From: Rhabdothermincola salaria
Lineage (GTDB): Bacteria > Actinomycetota > Acidimicrobiia > Acidimicrobiales > Acidimicrobilacustridaceae
NCBI RefSeq assembly: GCF_021246445.1
Contig: NZ_JAJQXW010000001.1
Span: forward strand, 1-64,000
DNA length: 64,000 bases
Reading direction: 5' to 3'
Under the pieces are notes generated by a model, which had not been told where the DNA came from, searched no databases, and saw only the letters and a program-made list of their open reading frames with translations. Numbering within the stretch: position 1 is the stretch's first letter; every line of letters starts with the position of its first letter. A program made the translations under genes and the position numbers. Shown piece by piece: positions 19,101-28,884 of the stretch.

Positions 19101-19139
19101 GTTGCCATGGATCTGACGTAACGTCAGATCCATGGCAAC
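19101..19139. promoter_or_regulatory. Operator site 3 (TCTGACGTAACGTCAGA, 19112-19128) within a perfect 39-bp palindrome overlapping the ALDH start codon
   Basis: GTTGCCATGGATCTGACGT-A-ACGTCAGATCCATGGCAAC; -10-like TAACGT at its centre. Confidence 0.8.
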
Positions 19140-20601
19140 GACCACCACGAACGCGTACCGGCAGCTCATCGGGGGCGAGTGGCGCGACGGCAGCGCCGGC
19201 ACCTACGAGATCGTCAATCCGGCCACCGAAGAGGTCGTGGCCGAGGCCCCTGAGGCCTCCGCCGACGACGTGCGGGCGGCCTCGGCCGCCGCCGCCGAGG
19301 CCTTCCCGGCCTGGAGCCGCACCGACCCCCGCGAGCGGGCCGCGCTGCTCGAAGCGGCCGGCAAGCGCCTGGCCGAGCGCACTCCCGAGCTCATCCCCCT
19401 GGTGATCGCCGAGGCCGGCGCCACGTCGTCGGTCGGGTCGCTCATGCAGATCCCGGTGGCCATCAGCCGCTTCGATCGCTACGCCCGCGGCGCCATGACC
19501 GACCTCACCCGGGGCCTCCCGCCCCAGCCCATCGGGGCCACGCCGTTGGCCGCCGGTGCGCTCATGGGCGGCGTCGTCAACCGCGTCCCGGTCGGCGTGG
19601 TGGCCTGCATCTCGCCGTACAACTTCCCCACCACCAACATGGTCGGCAAGATCGCTCCTGCGTTGGCCGTCGGGTGCACGGTGGTCATGAAGCCGGCCCC
19701 TCAGGACCCGCTCTGCGTCATCGAGCTGGCCAAGATCCTCGACGAGGTGGGCTTCCCGCCCGGCGTGGTCAACATCGTCACCGGGGCCAAGCCCGAGGTG
19801 GGCGCCGTGCTCGTCGACGACGACAACGTCGACATGGTGAGCTTCACCGGCTCCACGTCGGTGGGCATCAAGATCATGGAGGCGGGCGCCCGCACCATGA
19901 AGCGCCAGCTCCAGGAGCTCGGCGGCAAGGGCGCCTGCGTGGTCACCGAGGACGCCGACATCGACAAGGCCGTCACCGGCATCGCCAGCGTCTGGGCCTT
20001 CCACTCCGGTCAGATCTGCACCGCCCCCACCCGGGTCATCGTCCACCGCAGCCGCTACGACGAGCTGGTGGGCAAGTTGGCCGAGGCGGCCAAGGCCCTC
20101 AAGGTGGGCGACCCCCTCGACGCCGAGACCGTCGTGGGCCCGGTCATCTCCGGCATCCAGCGCGACCGGATCCTGGGCCACATCGCCGACGGTGTCGCCG
20201 AGGGCGCCGAGCTGGTCGTCGACGGCCGCGATCCGGGCATGGACAAGGGCTACTACGTGGGCCCCACCCTGCTGGCCGGGTGCAACAACGGCATGAGCCC
20301 GGTGCGCGAGGAGATCTTCGGCCCGGTCGTCGTGGTGGTCCCCTTCGACGACGAGGACGAGGCCATCGACATCGCCAACGACAGCGACTACGGCCTGCTC
20401 TCCTACGTGTACTGCGAGGACGGGGCCCGCGGCTACGAGCTGGCCAAGCGGATCCGCTCCGGCACCGTGGGCATCAACACCGTGCAGCGCCACCACGAGG
20501 TGCCCTTCGGGGGCTTCAAGCTCTCCGGTGTGGGTCGCGACGGCGGCGACTGGGGCCTAGAGGCCTACACCGAGCTGCAATCGGTCATCTGGCCGGCCTG
20601 A
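19132..20601 (+). CDS. Aldehyde dehydrogenase
   Basis: PYNFP, KPA, SFTGST, QELGGK, GQICTAP, EEIFGPV, PFGGFKLSG. Confidence 0.95.
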   Translation: MATTTTNAYRQLIGGEWRDGSAGTYEIVNPATEEVVAEAPEASADDVRAASAAAAEAFPAWSRTDPRERAALLEAAGKRLAERTPELIPLVIAEAGATSSVGSLMQIPVAISRFDRYARGAMTDLTRGLPPQPIGATPLAAGALMGGVVNRVPVGVVACISPYNFPTTNMVGKIAPALAVGCTVVMKPAPQDPLCVIELAKILDEVGFPPGVVNIVTGAKPEVGAVLVDDDNVDMVSFTGSTSVGIKIMEAGARTMKRQLQELGGKGACVVTEDADIDKAVTGIASVWAFHSGQICTAPTRVIVHRSRYDELVGKLAEAAKALKVGDPLDAETVVGPVISGIQRDRILGHIADGVAEGAELVVDGRDPGMDKGYYVGPTLLAGCNNGMSPVREEIFGPVVVVVPFDDEDEAIDIANDSDYGLLSYVYCEDGARGYELAKRIRSGTVGINTVQRHHEVPFGGFKLSGVGRDGGDWGLEAYTELQSVIWPA

Positions 20602-20703
20602 TCACATCCACGGGGATGGCGCGGCACCCGGCAGGGGGTCGCCTTCCCGAGTCCACCACGACATCGCCGGGCCACGGCCCGGCCGCACCCAACGGGGGAG
20701 CAC

Positions 20704-21810
20704 ATGAAGGGCATCGTCTACACCGGTGACAAGGGCGCAGAGGTCGTCGACGGGCTCGAGGTCCGCGACGCCGGCCCCGGGGAGGTCGTCGTCAAGGTCA
20801 TGGCGGCCGGGGTGTGCCACTCCGACATCACCGCCGCGTCCGGCGCCTTCGGCTGGCCGGCCCCGGCCGTGCTCGGCCACGAGGGCGCCGGCATCGTCGA
20901 CCAGGTCGGCACCGGTGTCACCAACGTCGAGGTGGGCGACCACGTCATCATCTCCACCCTGGCGGCGTGCGGCATGTGCCAGGCCTGCGGCGCCGGCAAG
21001 CCCACCCGCTGCCGCAAGACCCTCGGCAACATGGCCCAGCCCTTCACCCTCGACGGCGAGGCCTGCTGGAACTTCGCGGCGGCGTCGGTGTTCACCGAGC
21101 GCACCGTCATCAAGGCCATCCAGGCGGTGAAGATCCCCAAGGACGTGCCCTTCACGTCCGCCTGCCTGGTGGGCTGCGGTGTGATGACCGGCGCCGGCGC
21201 GGTGATGTACCGCACCAACGTCGAGGTGGGCCAGACCGCCGTGGTCTACGGCTGCGGCGGTGTGGGCCTCAACGCCATCCAGGCCCTGCGGGTGCGCCGG
21301 GCCAGCCGCATCATCGCCATCGACGTCGACCCGCAGAAGGAGGAGCTGGCCAAGCAGTTCGGTGCCACCGACTTCCTCGACGGTCGGGCCGACGACATCG
21401 TCGAGCAGGTGCGGACACTCGAGCCCTACGAGGAAGGCGAGCTGTCGGGGCCGTTCGGGGCCGGTGGCGTCGACTGGGTCTTCGACGTCGTGGCCCGGCC
21501 GGAGGTCACCTTCAACGCGCTGAAGATGCTCGACTGGGGCGGCAACGTGGTGATCATCGGCACCCCCGGTGGCGACGCCAAGTTCGAGCTTCCGTACCAG
21601 GACTTCACCCAGAACGAGCGGGGCGTCATCGGTGTGCGGGCCGGTTCCTACAGCCCCCACGTGCACATGCCCCAGATCGTCGAGCTGTACCGCCGCGGCG
21701 AGTTCATGCTCGACGAGCTGGTCACCAACACCTATCCGCTCGAGGGCTTCCACGACGCGGTGCACGACATGGAGAGCGGCGGCGTCGCCCGCGGCGTGCT
21801 CACCTTCTAG
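20704..21810 (+). CDS. Zn-dependent alcohol dehydrogenase (MDR)
   Basis: GVCHSD, GHEGAG, CGMCQAC..C, GCGV.TG, GCGGVG. Confidence 0.93.
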   Translation: MKGIVYTGDKGAEVVDGLEVRDAGPGEVVVKVMAAGVCHSDITAASGAFGWPAPAVLGHEGAGIVDQVGTGVTNVEVGDHVIISTLAACGMCQACGAGKPTRCRKTLGNMAQPFTLDGEACWNFAAASVFTERTVIKAIQAVKIPKDVPFTSACLVGCGVMTGAGAVMYRTNVEVGQTAVVYGCGGVGLNAIQALRVRRASRIIAIDVDPQKEELAKQFGATDFLDGRADDIVEQVRTLEPYEEGELSGPFGAGGVDWVFDVVARPEVTFNALKMLDWGGNVVIIGTPGGDAKFELPYQDFTQNERGVIGVRAGSYSPHVHMPQIVELYRRGEFMLDELVTNTYPLEGFHDAVHDMESGGVARGVLTF

Positions 21811-21868
21811 ACGCTCCACCGGCCGTCGGGCTCCCGGCGGCCGCACCGACCACGCCCACGGGGGACAC

Positions 21869-22624
21869 ATGGAACAGCGGTTCGCGAACAAGCACGCGCT
21901 CGTCACGGGCGCCGGATCGGGCATCGGGCGGGCCACTGCGATGCGCCTGGCCGCCGAGGGGGCCACGGTCGCGGTCATGGACGTGGTGGCCGACGGAGCG
22001 GCCGACACGGTGGCCGAGATCGAGGGCGCCGGCGGGTCAGCCATGGCCGTGTCCTGCGACGTGCGTTCGTGGGAGGCCACCGAAGCCGCCGTCGGGCAGG
22101 TCACGGCGGAGCTCGGGCGGCTCGACGTGGTGTGCAACGTCGCCGGGATCGGGGGCTTCCAGGAGTCCCACACCGCCGACCCCGAGATGTGGGACCGCAT
22201 GGTGGGCATCAACCTCACCGGGACCTTCCACGTGTGCCGGGCCGTGCTGCCGGGCATGGTCGAGCGCGGCGAGGGCTCGATCGTCAACACCGCCTCGACG
22301 GCGGGGATCATGGGCCAGCCCTGGAGCGCGGCGTACTGCGCGTCCAAGGGGGGCGTGATCATGCTCACCAAGGCGCTGGCCACCGAGTACGACCTGCCCC
22401 TGCGCATCAACGCGGTGGCCCCCGGTGGGGTCGACACCCCGATGTACGGGCAGTTCATGCCGCCCGAGGGCGTCGACTGGAACCGCATGAAGAAGATGAG
22501 CCGCGACAACGTGGCGCCGGCGTCGCCGGAGCGCCTCGCCCGCTTCTTCGCCTTCGTGGCCTCCGACGACGCCGACTACATGACCGGCGCCATCGTCGTG
22601 GCCGACGGCGGCATCAGCATCTGA
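21869..22624 (+). CDS. SDR family oxidoreductase
   Basis: TGAGSGIG, YCASK; GGGGGA RBS. Confidence 0.9.
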   Translation: MEQRFANKHALVTGAGSGIGRATAMRLAAEGATVAVMDVVADGAADTVAEIEGAGGSAMAVSCDVRSWEATEAAVGQVTAELGRLDVVCNVAGIGGFQESHTADPEMWDRMVGINLTGTFHVCRAVLPGMVERGEGSIVNTASTAGIMGQPWSAAYCASKGGVIMLTKALATEYDLPLRINAVAPGGVDTPMYGQFMPPEGVDWNRMKKMSRDNVAPASPERLARFFAFVASDDADYMTGAIVVADGGISI

Positions 22625-22685
22625 CCGACGCGCTCCGGCACCGGGCCGGGGCCACATCTCCACACGATCCGACACGGGGGAACCA

Positions 22686-23609
22686 ATGCCGCTGAACGAC
22701 CACTTCCGAGAGCTGTCCGCCAAGGTCCGCAACTGGGGCCGGTGGGGCGACGACGACCGCATCGGCACCATCAACTTCATCGACGACGCGGCCCGCCGGC
22801 GAGCGGCGGCCTCGGTGAAGAGCGGCAAGGCCATCTCGCTGGCCCTCCCGCTGAACTTCGACGGCCCCCAGCTCGGCTTCATCGGCCGCCGCCAGAACCC
22901 GCAGCACACCATGCTCGAGATCAACAGCCCCGGGGTGCTCGATCCGGAGTTCAAGTCCAGCGACGACATGATCGTGCTGTGCCTGCAGGCCGCCACCCAC
23001 TGGGACGGGCTGTCCCACGTGAGCTACGACGGTCAGCTCTACAACGGCGTGCCGGCCGACACGATCACCGTCGACGGGGCCACCGTGCTCGGCATCGACC
23101 ACATCGACACCCTCACCGGTCGGGGGGTGCTGCTCGACATCGCCCGCCTGAAGGGCGTCGACAAGCTCGACGGGGGCTACGCCGTCACCGGCGACGACCT
23201 CGACGCCGCCGCCGAGATGGCCAAGGTCACCATCGAGTCGGGCGACATCGTGCTCTTGCGCACGGGGGCCATGCAGATGCTCAAGGCCGGCGACAAGATG
23301 AACTACACGATGACCGCCGCGGGCCCCTCGTTGCAGAGCGTCGAGTGGTTCCACCGCAACGAGATCGCCGCCGTCGCCGTCGACAACGGCACCTTCGAGG
23401 TGTTTCCCTGCGAGTACGAGGACATGCCGCTGCCGGTGCACCTGCTGCACCTGGTCGACATGGGCCTCACCCAGGGCCAGCACTTCGACCTCGAGGAGCT
23501 GGCAGCCGACTGCGCCGACGACGGCCAGTACACCTTCTTGTTGTCGGCGCCGCCCCAGCCCATCACCCACGCCACCGGGTCGCCGGTCAACCCCATCGCC
23601 CTGAAGTAG
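22686..23609 (+). CDS. Cyclase family metal-dependent hydrolase
   Basis: NWGRWG.DD..GT.N, THWDGLSH, GRGVLLDI, GSPVNPIA. Confidence 0.88.
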   Translation: MPLNDHFRELSAKVRNWGRWGDDDRIGTINFIDDAARRRAAASVKSGKAISLALPLNFDGPQLGFIGRRQNPQHTMLEINSPGVLDPEFKSSDDMIVLCLQAATHWDGLSHVSYDGQLYNGVPADTITVDGATVLGIDHIDTLTGRGVLLDIARLKGVDKLDGGYAVTGDDLDAAAEMAKVTIESGDIVLLRTGAMQMLKAGDKMNYTMTAAGPSLQSVEWFHRNEIAAVAVDNGTFEVFPCEYEDMPLPVHLLHLVDMGLTQGQHFDLEELAADCADDGQYTFLLSAPPQPITHATGSPVNPIALK

Positions 23610-23698
23610 TCGGCGAGGCGCCGTCCGGGCGTGTTCGGAGCACCGCTGAACTAGAACTAGATTGCAGTGGTCCGACGACTCCAGGGGGAGCCACACCA

Positions 23699-24592
23699 AT
23701 GACGATGCCCGAGGGCCTCCCGATCATCGACACGATGATCGGGTTCCCGGCCAAGGACATGAAGGCCCAGTACGCCTTCATCACCCAGCAGACCAAGGAC
23801 AAGGAGTCCAAGGAAGAGTTCGCCTTCCCGGCGGAGTACATGTTCAAGAAGCCGCCGGACAAGGAAAAGGCGCTCCAGGAGTCCGACGACCCGGTGGCCT
23901 ACACCCTGGGCGAGATGGACAAGTGGGGCGTGGCCAAGGGCATGGTCGGCGTCGGCGGTCGCGGCGAAGAAGGTGCCGAGTCCACCGGTGAGGAGGCCAT
24001 CGAGCGCCACCCCGACCGCTTCTTCGGTGCCGTGAACGGCGATCCCAACGAGGGCATGGCCGGCATCGAGAAGATCGTGCGGGCCTACGAGACCTGGGGT
24101 GTGAAGGCCATCACCATGTTCCCGGCGGGGTGCTTCCCGCAGGTGGCCATCAACGACAAGAAGATGTACCCGATCTACGCCAAGGCCTGCGAGCTCGACA
24201 TCCCGGTCTTCGTCTGCACCGGCATTCCGGGTCCCCGGCTCAAGTTCCAGGTGCAACACGTCGAGCACGTCGACGAGGTCATGTACGACTTCCCCGAGCT
24301 CACCTACGTGAGCCGCCACGGCTGCGAGCCATGGACGGAGCTCATGGTGAAGCTCATGCTCAAGTGGCCGGGCCTGCACTACTCCACCTCGGCCTTCGCG
24401 CCGAAGCACTACAACCAGCGCATCATCGATTACGCCAACACCCGTGGGGCCGACAAGGTGATCTACGCCGGCTACTTCCCCATGGGGCTGTCGCTCGAGC
24501 GGATCATGACCGAGATGAAGAACGTCCCGTTCAAGGACGAGGTCTGGCCCAAGTTCCTGCACCAGAACGCCGAGCGCGTCCTGAAGCTGTAG
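23699..24592 (+). CDS. Amidohydrolase_2 family protein
   Basis: MYPIYAKACELDIPV, RHGCEPW, STSAFAPK, KFL..NA.RVL. Confidence 0.85.
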   Translation: MTMPEGLPIIDTMIGFPAKDMKAQYAFITQQTKDKESKEEFAFPAEYMFKKPPDKEKALQESDDPVAYTLGEMDKWGVAKGMVGVGGRGEEGAESTGEEAIERHPDRFFGAVNGDPNEGMAGIEKIVRAYETWGVKAITMFPAGCFPQVAINDKKMYPIYAKACELDIPVFVCTGIPGPRLKFQVQHVEHVDEVMYDFPELTYVSRHGCEPWTELMVKLMLKWPGLHYSTSAFAPKHYNQRIIDYANTRGADKVIYAGYFPMGLSLERIMTEMKNVPFKDEVWPKFLHQNAERVLKL

Positions 24593-24612
24593 GGCCCGCC
24601 CCGCACCATCCT

Positions 24613-24640
24613 CGAGACCCCGGCTGGTGCCGGGGTCTCG
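24613..24640 (+). terminator. Hairpin after the amidohydrolase gene
   Basis: CGAGACCCCGGC-TGGT-GCCGGGGTCTCG. Confidence 0.6.
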
Positions 24641-24659
24641 TCGCGCCCGGCTCCGGTCT

Positions 24660-24698
24660 CCCGGCACCCGGCACCCGGCACCCGGCGCCCGGCGCCCG
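24660..24698. repeat. 7-bp tandem repeat (CCCGGCR)x5
   Basis: CCCGGCA x3, CCCGGCG x2, read directly. Confidence 0.8.
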
Positions 24699-24745
24699 TC
24701 GGAAGTGGGAGGGTGGCGGGAGGCCGCGGTACTGTCAGCGGCGGA

Positions 24746-24762
24746 TCTGATGGAGCGTCAGA
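24746..24762. promoter_or_regulatory. Operator site 4 (TCTGATGGAGCGTCAGA)
   Basis: Matches the consensus; just downstream of -10 TACTGT (24730-24735), upstream of the SDR-fadE30-ipdF operon. Confidence 0.75.
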
Positions 24763-24827
24763 AACGCGCCGGACCCGGTTGGCGGGTGGCGCGGGCGCCC
24801 GACGTCGACACGGGAGACAGCGAACTG

Positions 24828-25736
24828 ATGGGCAACTTCCTCGAGGGCAAGACGATCGCCGTGACCGGCGGAGGCCGGGGCATCGGTCGGGCCGTGTGCC
24901 TGGCGGCCGCCGCCGAGGGGGCCAACGTCGTGGTCGCCGACTACGGCGTGGCCGCCGACGGGTCCGAGCCCACGAGCGAGGTCGCCGACGCCGTCGTCGC
25001 CGAGATCACCGCCGCCGGCGGCAACGCGCTGGCCCTGGCCAACGACGTCTCCACCATGGAGGGCGGCGAGGGCATCGTGGGCGCGGCCCTCGACACCTAC
25101 GGCTCGCTCAACGGCGTGGTCTGCGTGGCCGGCATCCTGCGCGAGCGGATGCTGTTCAACATGTCCGAGGAGGAGTGGGACGACGTCATCCGGGTGCACA
25201 TGAAGGGCACCTTCACCGTCTTCAAGTCGGCCTCGGCCTACATGCGCAAGAACGGCGGCGGCTCCATGGTGTCGTTCACCTCCGGTGTGTGGTCGCTCGG
25301 CTCCACCGCCCAGGCCAACTACGCGGCCGCGAAGGGCGGCATCGTGTCGCTCACCTACTCGGCGGCGGCCGGCCTCTACCGCTACGGCGTGCGGGCCAAC
25401 GCCATCGCCCCCGTGGCCCGCACCCGCATGTCGGCCAACGTTCCGATGGCCCTCGCCGAGAACGGCGAACCCGAGGACGTGGCCCCCATGGTCACCTATC
25501 TGCTCTCCGACCAGGCACAGGACGTCACCGGTCAGGTGTACTCGGTGGTGGGCGGCAAGATCGCCGTCTGGGACCAGCCCCGGGAGGTACGGGCCATGTA
25601 CACCGACGGTCGTTGGACGCCGGAAGAGATCGCCACGTCGCTGCACGGCACCGTCGGCACCGAGCCGCTCAAGGCCATCCAGATGGCCGAGGAGAGCCGC
25701 CGGGCCGCCGCCGCCAACGAGCAGCCCAACGCCTGA
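24828..25736 (+). CDS. SDR family oxidoreductase (Rv3548c-like)
   Basis: TGGGRGIG, AGILRERMLFNMSEEEWD, QANYAAAK, APVARTRM. Confidence 0.85.
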   Translation: MGNFLEGKTIAVTGGGRGIGRAVCLAAAAEGANVVVADYGVAADGSEPTSEVADAVVAEITAAGGNALALANDVSTMEGGEGIVGAALDTYGSLNGVVCVAGILRERMLFNMSEEEWDDVIRVHMKGTFTVFKSASAYMRKNGGGSMVSFTSGVWSLGSTAQANYAAAKGGIVSLTYSAAAGLYRYGVRANAIAPVARTRMSANVPMALAENGEPEDVAPMVTYLLSDQAQDVTGQVYSVVGGKIAVWDQPREVRAMYTDGRWTPEEIATSLHGTVGTEPLKAIQMAEESRRAAAANEQPNA

Positions 25737-26920
25737 TGGGCCTGCCGGTCGACGTCTCCACCGTCGACGAGGAGACCTTCCGCGGCCAGGCCAAGGCGTG
25801 GTTGGCCGAGAACCTCGTCGGTGAGTACGCCACCCTCAAGGGTCGGGGTGGCCCCGGCGACGAAGAGGTCGGGTTCGAGATCCGCGAACGCTGGGAGCGG
25901 GTGCTGGGCGAGGCCGGCTGGATCGGGCTCGGGTGGCCCGTCGAGCACGGTGGCCGCAACGCCACCGTGGGCCAGCAGATCATCTGGGCCGAGGAGTACG
26001 CCCGGGCCCAGGCCCCCGGGCGGGTCAACCACATGGGCGAGAACCTGCTCGGTCCCACCCTCATCGCCCACGGCACCGAGGCCCAGCGCGAGCGCTTCCT
26101 CCCCGGCATCCTGCGGGGCGACGAGCGCTGGTGCCAGGGCTACAGCGAGCCCGACGCCGGCTCCGACCTGGCCAACGTCAAGACCCGCGCCTTCCTCGAT
26201 GGCGACCAGTGGGTGATCAACGGCCAGAAGGTCTGGACCTCCCTGGCCCACGTGTCGCACTGGTGCTTCGTGGTCGCCCGCACCGACCCCGGCTCCTCCC
26301 GCCACAAGGGCCTCTCGTTCTTCCTGGTGCCCATGGACCAGGCCGGCGTCGAGATCCGCCCCATCATCCAGATCACCGGCGGCGGCGAGTTCAACGAGGT
26401 CTTCTTCTCCGACGCCACCACCGAGGCCGACCTCATCGTGGGCGAGCCCGGCAAGGGCTGGGGCGTGGCCATGGACCTGCTCGCCTTCGAGCGGGGCATC
26501 TCCACCCTCGCCCAGCAGGTCGGCTTCGAGCGCGAGCTCGACCACCTCGTTTCCCTGGCGCAGGCCAACGGGCGCGCCACCGACCCGGTCGTGCGCCAGC
26601 GCCTGGTCGACGCCCACATCGGGTTGCAGCTCATGCGCTGGAACGGCCTGCGGTCCATGGGCGCCGGCGTCCCCGGCCCCGAGGCCTCCATCTCCAAGCT
26701 GTTCTGGGGCCAGTGGCACTCCGACCTCGGCGAGCTGGCCATGGACCTCACCGGCCCCGAGGCCATGATCGCCGAGGGCTTCCCCTACGAGCTCACGCTC
26801 GATCAGAAGCTCTTCCTCTTCACCCGTTCCGAGACCATCTACGGCGGCAGCAACGAGATCCAGCGCAACGTGCTGGGCGAACGCGTGCTCGGCCTGCCCA
26901 AGGAGCCCAACCCGTCGTGA
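25736..26920 (+). CDS. fadE30: Acyl-CoA dehydrogenase IpdE1/FadE30-like (HIP catabolism)
   Basis: LKGRGGPG, EEYARA.AP..VNH.GE.LLGPTLIA, WCQGYSEP.AGSDLA, TIYGGSNEIQRN; TGATG overlap. Confidence 0.85.
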   Translation: MGLPVDVSTVDEETFRGQAKAWLAENLVGEYATLKGRGGPGDEEVGFEIRERWERVLGEAGWIGLGWPVEHGGRNATVGQQIIWAEEYARAQAPGRVNHMGENLLGPTLIAHGTEAQRERFLPGILRGDERWCQGYSEPDAGSDLANVKTRAFLDGDQWVINGQKVWTSLAHVSHWCFVVARTDPGSSRHKGLSFFLVPMDQAGVEIRPIIQITGGGEFNEVFFSDATTEADLIVGEPGKGWGVAMDLLAFERGISTLAQQVGFERELDHLVSLAQANGRATDPVVRQRLVDAHIGLQLMRWNGLRSMGAGVPGPEASISKLFWGQWHSDLGELAMDLTGPEAMIAEGFPYELTLDQKLFLFTRSETIYGGSNEIQRNVLGERVLGLPKEPNPS

Positions 26921-27681
26921 GCCCCGCTGCCCCCGAGTACCCCGCCCCCCACGGCCTGCTGGCCGGCAAGAAGGTCCTGGTCACCGCGGCGGCCGGCACC
27001 GGCATCGGCTTCGCCGCCGCCAAGCGCTGCGTGGAGGAGGGGGCCACCGTGGTCATCTCCGACAAGCACGAGCGGCGCCTGGCCGAGTCCGCCGACGAGC
27101 TCGGCGTCGCCGGCATCCCGTGCGACGTCACCGTCGAGGACGACGTGCAGCGTCTGATCGCCGGGGCCAACGAGGCCACCGGCGGCATCGACGTGTTCAT
27201 CAACAACGCCGGCCTCGGTGGCGAGGTGCCCATCGTCGACATGACCGACGACCAGTGGAACCTGGTCCTCGACGTCACCCTCAACGGCACCTTCCGGTGC
27301 ATGCGGGCCGAGATGAGCCACCTCTACGCCCACGGTGGCGGCGTCATCGTCAACAACGCCTCGGTGCTCGGCTGGCGGGCCCAGCACGGCCAGGCCCACT
27401 ACGCGGCGGCCAAGGCCGGGGTCATGGCCCTCACCCGCTGCGCCGCGGTGGAGGCCGCCGAGCACGACGTGCGGGTCAACGCGGTGGCCCCCAGCCTGGC
27501 CATGCACCCGTTCCTGGCCAAGGTCACCACCGACGAGCTGCTGGCCGAGCTCGAGAGCCGCGAGGCCTTCGGTCGGGCGGCCGAGCCGTGGGAGATCGCC
27601 AACGTCATGGTCTTCCTGGCCTCGGACTACTCGACCTACATGACCGGCGAGGTCGTGTCGGTCTCCAGCCAGCACCCCTAG
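26917..27681 (+). CDS. ipdF: IpdF-like SDR (5-oxo-HIC-CoA oxidoreductase, Rv3559c-like)
   Basis: HGLL.GK.V.VTAAAGTGIG, D.HERRL, NNASVLGWRAQ..Q.HYAAAK, MTGEVVSVSSQHP; follows fadE30 as in mycobacteria. Confidence 0.85.
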   Translation: MSPAAPEYPAPHGLLAGKKVLVTAAAGTGIGFAAAKRCVEEGATVVISDKHERRLAESADELGVAGIPCDVTVEDDVQRLIAGANEATGGIDVFINNAGLGGEVPIVDMTDDQWNLVLDVTLNGTFRCMRAEMSHLYAHGGGVIVNNASVLGWRAQHGQAHYAAAKAGVMALTRCAAVEAAEHDVRVNAVAPSLAMHPFLAKVTTDELLAELESREAFGRAAEPWEIANVMVFLASDYSTYMTGEVVSVSSQHP

Positions 27682-27698
27682 GCGGCCGGCGCCCACCG

Positions 27699-28847
27699 GT
27701 GGACGACCGACGAGGACCGCTGTCGCACCTGCGGGTGCTCGACCTCTCGCGCCTGTACCCGGGCGCCTACTGCACCCTGTTGCTGGCCGACCTCGGCGCC
27801 GACGTGGTCAAGGTGGAGGCGCCCGGTCGGGGCGACGGGCTGCGCGACCTCGAGCCCGGGGAGGTCAAGGCCGTGCACTCCGCCCTCAACCGGGGCAAGC
27901 GCTCGATGACGCTGAACCTCAAGCACGACCGGGCCCGCGAGGTCCTGGACCGGCTCGTCCGCCAGGCCGACGTGATCGTCGAGTCGCACCGCCCCGGTCA
28001 GCTCGACGCCCTCGGGCTGGGCTACGACGACCTGCGGGCCGAGAACCCGCGCCTCGTCTGGTGCTCGATCACCGGGTTCGGATCCACCGGTCCGCGGGCG
28101 CAGGCGCCCGGCCACGACCTGACGTACCTGGGCGCGGCCGGGGTGCTGTCCCAGCTGGGGCAGGGGGAGCACCCCCGGCAGCCCGACGTCGTGCTCACCG
28201 TCCCGGTGGGGGCGCTCACCGCGGTGGTGGGCATCCTGGCCGCGGTGGCCGAGCGGGACCGCACGGGGGAGGGGGCCCGCGTCGACGCCTCGATCACCGA
28301 GGCCGTCCAGTGGGTGATGTCCGACGCTGTCACCCGCCACGTGTCGGGCGCAGGACCGGAGTGGGGCCAGTTCGCGGCCAGCGCCGTGTACCGCTGCGCG
28401 GACGGCGCCCACGTCACCCTCACCGCCACCGAGCCCCGGTCGTGGAAGGCGCTGTGCGAGGCCCTCGACGCGCCGGACCTGGTCGATCACCGCATGGGGA
28501 TCGACGACGAGGTGGCCGCCGCGGCGCGCCTCGCCGAGCTGTTCGACCGTCGTCCCGCCGCCGACTGGCTGGCCGACCCGGGTCTGGCCGGGGGCGTGGG
28601 CCCGGTGTTGGCGCCCGCCGACCTCCCCGACGACGAGCAGGTGAAGGCCCGCCGCGGCGTGCTGACCCTCGACGACGGCCTCCCGGTGGTGGCCAACCCA
28701 GTTCGGGTGGGCACCACCGACGGCGACGAGGCGTCCCTCGGGCGCACCCGCCCGCCGGCGCTCGGCGAGCACGCCGCCGACGTGCTCGCGGCGGCCGGCT
28801 ACGACGCCGAGGCCATCGAGGCCCTGCGCGCCGACGGCGTGATCTGA
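27699..28847 (+). CDS. CaiB/BaiF CoA-transferase family protein
   Basis: RVLDLSRLYPG, LADLGADVVKVE, NRGKRS, GHDLTY, PPALGEH. Confidence 0.88.
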   Translation: MDDRRGPLSHLRVLDLSRLYPGAYCTLLLADLGADVVKVEAPGRGDGLRDLEPGEVKAVHSALNRGKRSMTLNLKHDRAREVLDRLVRQADVIVESHRPGQLDALGLGYDDLRAENPRLVWCSITGFGSTGPRAQAPGHDLTYLGAAGVLSQLGQGEHPRQPDVVLTVPVGALTAVVGILAAVAERDRTGEGARVDASITEAVQWVMSDAVTRHVSGAGPEWGQFAASAVYRCADGAHVTLTATEPRSWKALCEALDAPDLVDHRMGIDDEVAAAARLAELFDRRPAADWLADPGLAGGVGPVLAPADLPDDEQVKARRGVLTLDDGLPVVANPVRVGTTDGDEASLGRTRPPALGEHAADVLAAAGYDAEAIEALRADGVI

Positions 28848-28884
28848 CGCTCGACCCCGCCGCGTCAGCTGCCAAGATGCCGGG

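Noticed and set aside
28843..28869. CTGACGC..GCGTCAG as another operator copy
   Set aside because: Spacer is far longer than 5 nt and the left half includes the CaiB stop codon; more likely a simple hairpin.
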